Below are positions 48,003 through 57,908 of a stretch of DNA of 64,000 bases, one piece after another. The position numbers and the translations under genes were made by a program. The DNA comes from a virus (Duplodnaviria; Caudoviricetes), in the IMG/VR virus record IMGVR_UViG_3300035208_006730. One strand, written 5' to 3'. Within the stretch, counting starts at the first letter, position 1. The number at the start of each line of letters is the position of its first letter. A model generated the notes under the pieces. The model was given only the letters and a program-made list of their open reading frames with translations, ran no database searches and was not told where the DNA came from.

Positions 48003-51000
48003 TATAGCTCCTGAGGAATGATCTTCAATGAATAGTCCTTGATAATAGGAGTAAAATAATCTTTCAGTAAAGAAACATCCTCTCTTGTCTCCTGAACATA
48101 ATCATAACTGATTTGATAGCGCGCAGGAAGCAGAGAAGCTAGTTGATCTGGTGTTGCGGTTTCAGAATAGTTTGTAATGACAATGGTTTTTTCATTATAG
48201 TTCACCGTATAGTCGCTCGACTTAACGCTTCTCGCAATGGGATAATCGATCCGAAAATCTGAGTATCGGTATCGACATTCAATTGAAGAAACATCCATAC
48301 TACTAAAAGAAGTCCCTGTATAAATTACTCCATTTTTATAGTCTACAGAATAAAGACCTGAAACAGTTGTTGAGGATGGTCGTTCGTAAAAATAGAAAAT
48401 AGAACCGGGTTCTGTTACTTCCTGATCAACTCGAACAGTTACTGTATTTCCAGATTTATCAATACTGTAATCTCCAACATCATCAAGAGATGCATCTTCG
48501 ATAATAAATATTCCTGAATTTGTAAAACTAACTGTTGCATCAGAATCTGAGGTAATATTTTCTGTTAAAGAAAAGGTTACGTTAGCTGGATAACTACTAT
48601 TCTGTAATGAAGAGATTTTTTCTTCCGTATAGATCAGATTTGATAATTCATCGAGGCCATTCAAGAATGGAACTTCCTCTTGGAAAGGAGAGATCGTTCC
48701 AGTTGTTTCAATGACTAAACTTTTCTTTACAATCGATTGATGTGGCAGTTCAAAATATTTTGTTGGACTACTGATATTCCCACTAGTTTCTAAAGAATGA
48801 TTATAAGGAACTGTAATCCAAGCAGAATCTTTTAGAACGACACTATCGTTTAATTCTCCAACAGTACCCCAATCCCAGTCTTCTTCTTTGAGTTTATCTA
48901 CCTGGGTATATGTATAACTAATAGTTTTTATTGTAGTATTTGGAGATGAAAAATAGATAATTCCATTTTCTTTATCAATTGAATATTTAGATCCTGAAAG
49001 TTCATCAATCCCATTTATAAATGATTGCTCAATATAAGGGGACATACTCGAGGTAATATCTGAGATATTTTTATTTGGAAGTTTAACTATAGTGGTTCCT
49101 TGAGTAATTGCCACTGCTCCGTTTTTTAGTTCACTATAGCGATAAATTGAGATCTGTTTCTTTTCGGCACCAGTAGGAAAAGATAATTGGACTGGAGAGT
49201 TAACTCCATTTATTGGAAAAAGTTTCTCTCTTTCAAAATAAAGAGAGACTACATCTGTATCTTTAGGGGCTTGACCATTAGTATCATTTCCGAAAAACAA
49301 TGTTGGTCCCTCTTCCATTCTCCAATCAATATTGTAGACAGTATCAGAACTTGAATAGTTCGTTAATGCTGATGTAGCTATTGTCCATTTTTTATTACCT
49401 ATAATTAGATTGATCCATTCAGAATCAGGAACTAAGACCGTTTTCCAAAGATTACCACTAGCTTCTTTCTTAGTTGGTCTTTTTTCCCAAATCTTATCCC
49501 AAGCAGGCAATGAGTACTGAGTTCTAGCTTGTCCAGTTCCAATTTTGTATGCAGCTCTTTGAATTCCGCAACTACCAAAACAAGGATCGACAAGTTTGAC
49601 ACTATCTCTAATTGGAGTCTTCTCTAACTTTATTGAATGAGGAGCAATGCGAGGCTGGTCTCTAAATTCTATTTGCTTAGCTGATACGGTATAAAAACCT
49701 TCACTAGTCGAAGTGAAGGCGGTGTCATCTCGTTCTAGAATTGCTTTCCAACGAAGAGACAAAACGGGAATATTTGAGTCAAAAGAATTATTTGAAGCAT
49801 TATTAAAATTGACAATTTCTGGTATTTCAGAAGTGAGACCAGCAAGACCCTTGTCAGTTTGAGGGCGAATAGGAAGCCACGTTATTCCATTGTCTGGAGA
49901 TACAAAATGAGAAATATTGGCAAGAGTAGAAAGTCCACTGGGAGATTGAGTTGCTTGTAAAGAAATTTTAGATACAGGCTGATTAAGACTAATAAGCTGA
50001 GATACAACTTCTCCAATAGGTTTAAAGACTAGAGATCTTATCTCAATATCTCTTATCCCTATTGCATATCTTCGCTTTACTCCTGTAGAGGTATCAATAA
50101 GATATGCTTCAGATTGTGAAAGTATGAAATGGACATATTTAGCTTTACGCGGAGTAAAAGTAAAAAATCCCTGTCCTGCATATTTTGAACTTGATGGAGC
50201 TAAAACAAAAACATTTTCTTCGTCTTCCGTGAGATATCCAGCAATTGGAATATCGTCCTTGACGCTAATAAAGCTTTTCCCATCAAGAGAGGTTTCTATT
50301 GTGTCGATCTTAATGCTAGTTCTTTGTCCAAAATTATTTGGATTAAGTCTAACGTAGTTGATTATCTGAGGATTTCCAAGATTAAGTGTTATATCCAAAA
50401 TCAAGGGCTCATTATTATCTTGAGACTGGAGAATAACTTTTTCGTACTCAAACCAAGTATCTGGGTTATAGTCCGTAATCGTTGAAATATCGTTGTGAAG
50501 ATCTGCATCAAGTTGATAGTTATTTCCAATAATTCCATTAGAATTTGGATTAATAGTTGGTTGATTGTAAATCTTAATACGACTATCTTTTGCTGTATCA
50601 ATAGACAAAGTAACAATACCTTCAGGAGTACTTACTCTACATTGATCTTCATTTAAAAGCTTTGAGTTCAATTCAATTCGATCAGTACTTGTAAAGCTAT
50701 CTCTGACTAAGGTGACTCCTCGAGTTGTTCCTGTATATAACTGATAGTCCTGAGTTAAAGAAAGAATTTTCTTCAGGCGCGCTTGAATTCTACTTGAGCC
50801 TGTAATCGTTGAGTTGAAGTTGGCAAGAACAAGACTCTCGACATTTTCTAATTCATTAAAAATTGTTTCAAGATTGTCTGCAAGATCTCTAAAAGTTGTA
50901 TTAAAATCATCTGCATTAGGTGAATGCCCAACGTGCGGAAGAGATTCTTTATCCAAAACAGGAGTATCAAGTTGTCGATAAAAAGATGAAAGAGTCTTAA

Positions 51001-51133
51001 CGGCCTCATTTAAATACTGTTCTGAGGTATAAAAGTCAGGAGAAGCAATACTGGCTTGAAGAGTACGAGCTAGTCTATCAAGTTTATTTTTAAGTATTGC
51101 AGACTCTTGAGAGCGAAGATATTTGTTAGACAT
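48002..51133 (-). CDS. Virion/baseplate structural protein (paralog 2)
   Basis: Discoidin-like ITDYNPDTWFE..LNLGNPQIINYV; repeated YSID..NG.IY modules; ends TPIIKDYSLKI. Confidence 0.7.
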   Translation of the reverse strand: MSNKYLRSQESAILKNKLDRLARTLQASIASPDFYTSEQYLNEAVKTLSSFYRQLDTPVLDKESLPHVGHSPNADDFNTTFRDLADNLETIFNELENVESLVLANFNSTITGSSRIQARLKKILSLTQDYQLYTGTTRGVTLVRDSFTSTDRIELNSKLLNEDQCRVSTPEGIVTLSIDTAKDSRIKIYNQPTINPNSNGIIGNNYQLDADLHNDISTITDYNPDTWFEYEKVILQSQDNNEPLILDITLNLGNPQIINYVRLNPNNFGQRTSIKIDTIETSLDGKSFISVKDDIPIAGYLTEDEENVFVLAPSSSKYAGQGFFTFTPRKAKYVHFILSQSEAYLIDTSTGVKRRYAIGIRDIEIRSLVFKPIGEVVSQLISLNQPVSKISLQATQSPSGLSTLANISHFVSPDNGITWLPIRPQTDKGLAGLTSEIPEIVNFNNASNNSFDSNIPVLSLRWKAILERDDTAFTSTSEGFYTVSAKQIEFRDQPRIAPHSIKLEKTPIRDSVKLVDPCFGSCGIQRAAYKIGTGQARTQYSLPAWDKIWEKRPTKKEASGNLWKTVLVPDSEWINLIIGNKKWTIATSALTNYSSSDTVYNIDWRMEEGPTLFFGNDTNGQAPKDTDVVSLYFEREKLFPINGVNSPVQLSFPTGAEKKQISIYRYSELKNGAVAITQGTTIVKLPNKNISDITSSMSPYIEQSFINGIDELSGSKYSIDKENGIIYFSSPNTTIKTISYTYTQVDKLKEEDWDWGTVGELNDSVVLKDSAWITVPYNHSLETSGNISSPTKYFELPHQSIVKKSLVIETTGTISPFQEEVPFLNGLDELSNLIYTEEKISSLQNSSYPANVTFSLTENITSDSDATVSFTNSGIFIIEDASLDDVGDYSIDKSGNTVTVRVDQEVTEPGSIFYFYERPSSTTVSGLYSVDYKNGVIYTGTSFSSMDVSSIECRYRYSDFRIDYPIARSVKSSDYTVNYNEKTIVITNYSETATPDQLASLLPARYQISYDYVQETREDVSLLKDYFTPIIKDYSLKIIPQEL

Positions 51134-51134
51134 T

Positions 51135-53105
51135 TTATTCCTCTATCTTACCTGCATCCTGAAGATTAACTGCAAGAAGAAATTCTTTTGTCAGGGGAGA
51201 TAAATTGTCATTTGAACAATTTCTTCTCATGATCACCATTATATAGGAATTCACAGAAGATATCTCACTTATTTTTTTAAACTGAGAAGTTATTACAAGT
51301 TGATCAGTGAAGCTTCTAGCAGATAAATCTCCAATTAAATCAACAAGGAATTGATTCGTTGAACTTTCACTGACCTCTTTTGTTGAAATATTACTTGTAA
51401 TTGGAGTATATGAAACAGTAAAAATATCCCCATCTTTTGGCATTGTAATCAATATTCCAAATTTCATTGGCTTACCACTATTTGGAACATTTTGAGTTAA
51501 AGAAGATTCAGCTGCAGTTAGCGACATCCAACCATCAGAGTCGGTGCTAAGAACTTGGGTTAGCGGATTTGAATCGTTATTTCTGTAAACAATAATATTT
51601 CCAAGAGTTTCATTTGTATAAAAAATAAGCTGACCCGCGTCATTGACTTGTGACGAATTGAAATTATCTGTTAATAGAAGTCTTTCGTGATAAATTCTTT
51701 CTGTTTTCAAAGGTAGAATCGGAACCGTATCTATTGAAACTAAGTTTCCGTTTACGTCGAACAGTTCTCTTATTAACCAATATTCGATACTTCCATAATA
51801 AATATCAGTCGCTGAATATGTTTCGACTTGCTGAATTTGATTCACATCTCCAAGAAGAGATCCTGGTCTAGATTCAGTTGATGTAATACAATAACCTTTT
51901 GAAGGACTATTTACTTTGATAGGGTTTGAAATAAAGATTCCCATATTTTCATATCTATTTAGTCCTACCCATATATTGTCGAATCCAATCTGAAATTTCT
52001 TTCCTGAAAATTTTACTGTATTGACGTTTTCTGTTCCAAGATGTAGAAGGTCAACAACCGCATCGTTGACAACGTCCTTAATTGATAAGTCAGATTCTTC
52101 AACTTGAAAATTTTCCGAAAAACTATTTTCATTGGTAAATACTAATTGGATCTTAGTGGCAATGCTTTTCTTGAGAGAAATTTTTACTCTATGATCTTTT
52201 ACAATTTGGTTAACCGTAATCGTCTCTGGAATACTCGTAGGAGATAATACAATTACATCTGTGAGAACAACTTCAGCTAGAAGTGCTGGTTCAATTTCAA
52301 TGAAGTTTAATAGTTGAGGTCCACCTAAATCTATTTCTATTTTAGTCGTAATACTCGATGGAATTTCTTCTTCAAATAAATATTCAACATTCCAGTAGGT
52401 TCCCTGAGTGCCATCAATAATATTGTGAATGTCGGAATTTTCTGGATTAACCCTTACTCCTGTAGATATTGCTTCATTATCAAAAATCTGACGAATGTCG
52501 GTCAAAGTTAAATAACTTGTTTCACTGGTTGGGAGAGTAAGATATTTCCCAACTTCATCTAAAGATAGATCATATTTGGAAGTAACTGTTTTCTTCGTGC
52601 GCGGATCTAAAAATAGATTTTGTGCTTCAAGACTTCTTCCAAGTCTATTCCCACCTTGACCTAAAAAATTAGAGAATAATGTTCTATCGAATCCTTGTTC
52701 AAAGTTCGTGGCCATTTCATGAACTCTGATTTTCGCTTCTAGATCTGCCAGAGAATGTCTCAAATTTGGAAGAGTCTGATATTTTAGAATCGCCTGATGA
52801 CTTTTCAGAACCGTATTGATTTGATTGGTTTCAAAAAAAGCGATTTCCAAATCATCTTGAATTTTCTCGAGCATAAAGTTATAGGTCTCAATATCAATGG
52901 GATTTCCTTTAATGGCAAGGAATAATCGAAGTAAAGGAGTGATCCTTTTTTGGAATAAATCCTGGATTATACTGTCAATTCCCTTTTTAAAATCGTCGAG
53001 AGATTGGTATTGACCATTTACTTTGTAGTTGTTAACGTCCTTGAGTAGACGATTATATTGATTATTGCTAATTGTCTCATTGAATTTATCTAGATATATT
53101 CCCAT
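51135..53105 (-). CDS. Virion/baseplate structural protein (paralog 1)
   Basis: NIIDGTQGTYW..IDLGGPQLLNFIEI discoidin-like; ends SPLTKEFLLAV. Confidence 0.7.
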   Translation of the reverse strand: MGIYLDKFNETISNNQYNRLLKDVNNYKVNGQYQSLDDFKKGIDSIIQDLFQKRITPLLRLFLAIKGNPIDIETYNFMLEKIQDDLEIAFFETNQINTVLKSHQAILKYQTLPNLRHSLADLEAKIRVHEMATNFEQGFDRTLFSNFLGQGGNRLGRSLEAQNLFLDPRTKKTVTSKYDLSLDEVGKYLTLPTSETSYLTLTDIRQIFDNEAISTGVRVNPENSDIHNIIDGTQGTYWNVEYLFEEEIPSSITTKIEIDLGGPQLLNFIEIEPALLAEVVLTDVIVLSPTSIPETITVNQIVKDHRVKISLKKSIATKIQLVFTNENSFSENFQVEESDLSIKDVVNDAVVDLLHLGTENVNTVKFSGKKFQIGFDNIWVGLNRYENMGIFISNPIKVNSPSKGYCITSTESRPGSLLGDVNQIQQVETYSATDIYYGSIEYWLIRELFDVNGNLVSIDTVPILPLKTERIYHERLLLTDNFNSSQVNDAGQLIFYTNETLGNIIVYRNNDSNPLTQVLSTDSDGWMSLTAAESSLTQNVPNSGKPMKFGILITMPKDGDIFTVSYTPITSNISTKEVSESSTNQFLVDLIGDLSARSFTDQLVITSQFKKISEISSVNSYIMVIMRRNCSNDNLSPLTKEFLLAVNLQDAGKIEE

Positions 53106-53106
53106 T

Positions 53107-55218
53107 TTATCCTGCCACAGCTGAGAAGGTAAAAGGATTACTAACTGTCAAATTTTCTTTGACACTTGGACCAACGATTCTTCCTACAATTTCTTCGTCA
53201 TCAGTCAATCCAATAATTCTAAAGTAATATTTTATACCACTCTTAAGTCCAGAAACAGTACAGGAATTAATTCCAGATGGCACTTGAGAATAGGAAGAAT
53301 TTAGATTCCAAGGTCCATCAAGATAAAGGCTTGTATATACATTAAATTCTGTTCCGATCTCGTGACTAGTCCATTCTAGATAGACTCCAGAAGTAGTGGA
53401 TTGCATTTCCGTAATGTATGGATCGATTCCATAGGTTCTAATTACTGGATAAAAACCAAAAGCAGTATGCTTTTCCACAACCTCTCTTATCTCGTTTGAG
53501 TCAAATTCTCCTCCACCTTCAGCAGAGACTTCAAATGGTAATTCAATAAAATAACATCCTGCTCCAGGAAATGGAGTTCCATCAAGTCCAGCAAAATCAT
53601 TGCAGGCTTTGGAGATTTCTTCTCCCTCTACAAATCCTCCACCTTCTTGTCTAACGTCAATTAAATCAATGTTAGATAAGACTGTATGATTGATAATAGA
53701 AACTTCTCCAAGGATTAAATAAACACCTGAGACTGTAACTGAATATTGATCAGTGAAATTAACATACGGACTTAAATACCAATCAGGGGCATTTTTATAG
53801 AATAATGTCTTCCCAATGTCAGGTCCAGAACTAATTAATTCTGTTGTGTTGTTAAAGAAATCAAGATCTGTATAGATGATTCTACCATTTTTATCTGCTA
53901 AAAGCGTATAAACATTTTTTGTTCTTTGAGAAATGTTGTCATCAGGGATAACGCAGGCGATTAACGTTTCATTAATTATTTCGTTATTTTGAGTTGGATT
54001 GAGATTAACTTCTGTAAGGAGTAGATCTGCGCATTCATAGTGGAAAGTACATCGTGCAGAATAAATGGATTGAAGAGTTATTCCCTTGATATCAATAAAT
54101 CCTCCGAGAATATCAACGCTTCTAATTCCATAACTTCCGCCTACAGACAAACATGAATAGCGAATAGAATCAGAACAGACAGTCCCATGAAGAGAAGGAT
54201 CTGTTGTAACCGCCCAAAGAAGGACATCTTCTTCATCATAGATCTTAACTGTGATAAAAAGATCTTCAAAAATATTTCCAAATGAAGTCTTAATTAGATT
54301 AGGATTCAGAATTGTTCCACTTTCATCAATTGCTTTACGATAAGGAACATATGGATTAAATGGTTGTGAATAGATTTCGGCAATGTGATACTTGTATGGA
54401 GTTCCATTAACTGATGTCCAAAAAGTTCCATTGCGCACTCGTGCGTACCAGGGATCATCGCCCTCAGCTTGAATAGGTGGAAGAAGTTGAATCCGAGAAC
54501 TTTCTTTTTTTCGTAGGGCATATTCTCCAGCTACAGCAAATGTAAATACAAAATAACCAGTAGATAATTCGTCTACAAGATAAACTTCAGTTGCTGTAGA
54601 AAGAAGAGTTAGAAATGGAGAAAGATCGGTATAATCCGCTTGAGCAAAAACTGGTTGATTATTAAGAAGGACAGTATAGTTCTTAAAAACGGAAGTTGAT
54701 TCTCTGACGGTGTATTGAAGATAAAAAACTTCGAACGATCCATCTCCAGGAGAATAAGAAGATTCTAGATCATTGTAAAAAATTCCATTATCTAAATCAG
54801 TTAATCGATAAATTGTATCTGTAACAAACATTGTATTATCTAAGAGTTTTAAAGACAATAGTTTATGACCAGCCGTTGGATCAAAATGAGTTGTTGGAAT
54901 TACATGTTTGTAAAAAAGAGGATAAGCATTAATTGATCCAGACTCTTCTGTAAAAATATTTGTGATAAGAACTTTATCAGTATCTGATGAAATTGTAAAA
55001 CTATCTGAGACTTTAGAGTACTCATTCTTATCAAAGATTTTGTTCGAGATGATCTTATCTGCAGAAATATCTGAAACTGCCACATTATCTATAGAATTCA
55101 GCTTATCCATTGAAAGAAAAGAAACAAGAGGATGCTGTGATCCTACTGAAGATTTATATCCAACTGATTCTATTCTTTTATGGATATTAAGAACTATATC
55201 AAAATAAGATACAGACAT
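53107..55218 (-). CDS. Virion structural protein with C-terminal FN3-like domain
   Basis: VYLEW...FNVY...TVSGLKSGIKYYFRI FN3 signature. Confidence 0.7.
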   Translation of the reverse strand: MSVSYFDIVLNIHKRIESVGYKSSVGSQHPLVSFLSMDKLNSIDNVAVSDISADKIISNKIFDKNEYSKVSDSFTISSDTDKVLITNIFTEESGSINAYPLFYKHVIPTTHFDPTAGHKLLSLKLLDNTMFVTDTIYRLTDLDNGIFYNDLESSYSPGDGSFEVFYLQYTVRESTSVFKNYTVLLNNQPVFAQADYTDLSPFLTLLSTATEVYLVDELSTGYFVFTFAVAGEYALRKKESSRIQLLPPIQAEGDDPWYARVRNGTFWTSVNGTPYKYHIAEIYSQPFNPYVPYRKAIDESGTILNPNLIKTSFGNIFEDLFITVKIYDEEDVLLWAVTTDPSLHGTVCSDSIRYSCLSVGGSYGIRSVDILGGFIDIKGITLQSIYSARCTFHYECADLLLTEVNLNPTQNNEIINETLIACVIPDDNISQRTKNVYTLLADKNGRIIYTDLDFFNNTTELISSGPDIGKTLFYKNAPDWYLSPYVNFTDQYSVTVSGVYLILGEVSIINHTVLSNIDLIDVRQEGGGFVEGEEISKACNDFAGLDGTPFPGAGCYFIELPFEVSAEGGGEFDSNEIREVVEKHTAFGFYPVIRTYGIDPYITEMQSTTSGVYLEWTSHEIGTEFNVYTSLYLDGPWNLNSSYSQVPSGINSCTVSGLKSGIKYYFRIIGLTDDEEIVGRIVGPSVKENLTVSNPFTFSAVAG

Positions 55219-55227
55219 TTATTTACC

Positions 55228-57900
55228 TTAAGCGTGTGATATTTGTTTCCAGGTTGCAGCAGAAGGATTAGCTACTGTACAGATATGAAATTCTCCATTT
55301 GCCGTTACGTAAAGATCTCCAAGTTGTCCAAAGCCTGGAAGATTATTGTCTGATCCAGGAACAAATCTAATAAGTCCAGTAGCAAGATTCCCTCTAAGAA
55401 TAGCGGCATATCCATGAACAGAAACAGCCCTTAATGCCGCAGAAGTATTTGTTGATGCATCATTGTATGCAGAGATAGCGTCAGAACCAGCTTTTGATTG
55501 TGTTACGTAAACGCTAGTTGCACCACTTGCTGTAACTGATATCGCATTATTTGATACTGCAGTTGAAACTAAAGATATTCCCTTACCTGAACTTGTATCC
55601 AAATCTAAAAGATTTCCGGTTCCAGTACTTCTTACATACATGGTTGCAGCGTTTTGAGCTGTTATATTTAATCCATAACCATCAGTTGAACCTGTACCTC
55701 CAATTGCTGTAATTGCAGAACCACCCTCATTACTCAAACCAGAACCAGTTCCTCCAGTTACATATAATCCAGCTCCTCCAGTTAATCCAGTTCCACCTGT
55801 TAGTTCAAGACCTCTTCCACCAGTTCCCGTTCCACTTCGTGCCCCTCCAAACATAATGTTCTTCCAAGCAGAACCAGAAGATACGCTAGGAGGTAGAACA
55901 TGTAAGAATCCAGTTGGAGCATTTGTTCCAATACCAATTTCACCAGTAGATAAGATAGTAAGTCTTGTTGCGAGTCCAGTTGCTAACTGAAATGTACTAC
56001 TAGAACGAAGACATATTGAACCTAGAAGAGTATCCGTGGTTCCAGTTCCTGCTGCATCTTGACCTGCTGTTGAAACAGGTCCTAGATACAGATTAGAGTA
56101 AGATTCTCCAAATCCTGTACCAATATAAAAATATCTCTTCCAAGTTGGAGAATCTGAATTTACTATTCCTATCTCTTGACCTAATCCAGAAAGATTAACT
56201 AAAAGACTCGAATAGCTAAGAGATACTGCACTAATTTTTGCTCTTTCAGTTACTGAATCTGCTCCTACAGTTAGGTGACAGTCATCAGAACTTCCAGGTC
56301 TATCGATTTGAATAGAGTCAAAATATTTGTCATATTCAATACTGTAACTAGAAGAACCAATACTTCCAAAATAAATTGAATAACTGTCGGCAGTTTGATT
56401 ATTATAAAATGGAACACTAGCTCCTTTGCTAGTTGAGCCAATCAAAAGATCTCCTAAGATGGCATTATTGTAAATATCTCTCATGTATGTATTAGGAGAT
56501 TTAGATCCTGCGCGATGAATGTATCCTAAATGGTCATCAGCTTCCCAGTTTGAGAGATGTAGCTGAACATCCTGACATCCAGTACTAGTTCCATCTGAAA
56601 ATGGGAAAAAAGGCCAAGCTCCAGGTTGATTTACTCCCTGATAGGTTGGGTTCAAAAAGTCTAGATCGTAATGAGCAACGCGCCGAGAAAATCCTGTTTC
56701 AGAAGAATTGTGCTGATGATTTAACATCATCATTTCAAGGAGCATTAATTTTTCAGCATGACTCGTTCCAGTAACAAGAAGACGGATAGTCGACTGATAA
56801 GCTGTAGGAGTTTCCAATGTTGGAGCAGCTGTAGTTCCCGTAGAGTCACAAATAGTATCCAAATCAGTTTGATAAACGGAAGTATAGACTTGAATGCAAT
56901 AGGAATTCTGATTGATCGTTACGCCTGCGTAAGTAGATCCAGTCGGAATACTAAAAACTATTCCATCAAGAACCCGACCGTTCTTTTCTAGTTTAATAAA
57001 TCCATCTGGGATTCTATTCCCAGCAGTAAGATTTGTAACTTGGCTTGGAAAACGATAACGATAGTGAGTTGCAGCTGCAGTACTAACTGGAGCATTAGCT
57101 GATTCTAACCAGAAGAATCTTGGATCTGTTACATTATCTGTACTCGAAAGATTCTCATTTGAGGCGCCAACAACAGGATATTGAAGAGCTCTTTCACTTT
57201 TTAAAGAGAGTCTTTGACGAGGAGGAAGAAAGATATAGTAGTAACCTGCAGTTGCTCCTTTAATTATTTTGCATCCAGTAAATCCTGTAGACTGTTCAAC
57301 TGGAGGTAAAACGTTAGGAGTAAGGTCAAATAGATCTGAGTCAAAAGAAGATGGATGACAAGGCATTGAAGAAGAAAGAATTGAATAAGAAAGATTTGCA
57401 GCCTTAGCCGACATTAGATCGGCAGAAGTAGAATAGAGTCCAAGATATTTATTGGCTCGAGAATCAAAGAACCATGTTCTGCCTGATTGACCGTCAAAAT
57501 TTAAAGGTCCAGTAACAGTTGAAGCTGCAGCTGATACTTTGACATTTGTTGCAGGGAATGGAAGCGGAAGTTCTGTTTTTGAATTGTAAACGGTATCTTG
57601 AGGAGTTCCAACAAGAAGGTTTAATCCAGAGTTAGTAGTCTTATCAAAGATAGGAGAAAGATAATTCGATTCTCCCAAATTCCTTCCTATTGTAGCAATT
57701 TGAAGATGAGCTCTTGTATTGGCAGCGGCTGAAAAAAATTCATCTCCAGCTTGATTCCAAATATCCCCAACTGCACCTTCAATAATCGCCAACCCATTGC
57801 GCGCTTGATCGGCAATAGAGTTTAGTTTATTGGCTACTGGTTGTTCACCATCAATATGGGTAACTCGGATAGGAAATGTCTTCCTGATTTTATCGGTCAT
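55228..57900 (-). CDS. Tail fibre-like protein with Gly/Thr-rich repeats
   Basis: RLTILSTGEIGIGTNAP fibre motif; repeated GG.GL..TGGTG; GQLGDLYV near C-terminus. Confidence 0.7.
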   Translation of the reverse strand: MTDKIRKTFPIRVTHIDGEQPVANKLNSIADQARNGLAIIEGAVGDIWNQAGDEFFSAAANTRAHLQIATIGRNLGESNYLSPIFDKTTNSGLNLLVGTPQDTVYNSKTELPLPFPATNVKVSAAASTVTGPLNFDGQSGRTWFFDSRANKYLGLYSTSADLMSAKAANLSYSILSSSMPCHPSSFDSDLFDLTPNVLPPVEQSTGFTGCKIIKGATAGYYYIFLPPRQRLSLKSERALQYPVVGASNENLSSTDNVTDPRFFWLESANAPVSTAAATHYRYRFPSQVTNLTAGNRIPDGFIKLEKNGRVLDGIVFSIPTGSTYAGVTINQNSYCIQVYTSVYQTDLDTICDSTGTTAAPTLETPTAYQSTIRLLVTGTSHAEKLMLLEMMMLNHQHNSSETGFSRRVAHYDLDFLNPTYQGVNQPGAWPFFPFSDGTSTGCQDVQLHLSNWEADDHLGYIHRAGSKSPNTYMRDIYNNAILGDLLIGSTSKGASVPFYNNQTADSYSIYFGSIGSSSYSIEYDKYFDSIQIDRPGSSDDCHLTVGADSVTERAKISAVSLSYSSLLVNLSGLGQEIGIVNSDSPTWKRYFYIGTGFGESYSNLYLGPVSTAGQDAAGTGTTDTLLGSICLRSSSTFQLATGLATRLTILSTGEIGIGTNAPTGFLHVLPPSVSSGSAWKNIMFGGARSGTGTGGRGLELTGGTGLTGGAGLYVTGGTGSGLSNEGGSAITAIGGTGSTDGYGLNITAQNAATMYVRSTGTGNLLDLDTSSGKGISLVSTAVSNNAISVTASGATSVYVTQSKAGSDAISAYNDASTNTSAALRAVSVHGYAAILRGNLATGLIRFVPGSDNNLPGFGQLGDLYVTANGEFHICTVANPSAATWKQISHA

Positions 57901-57908
57901 TCACCACC

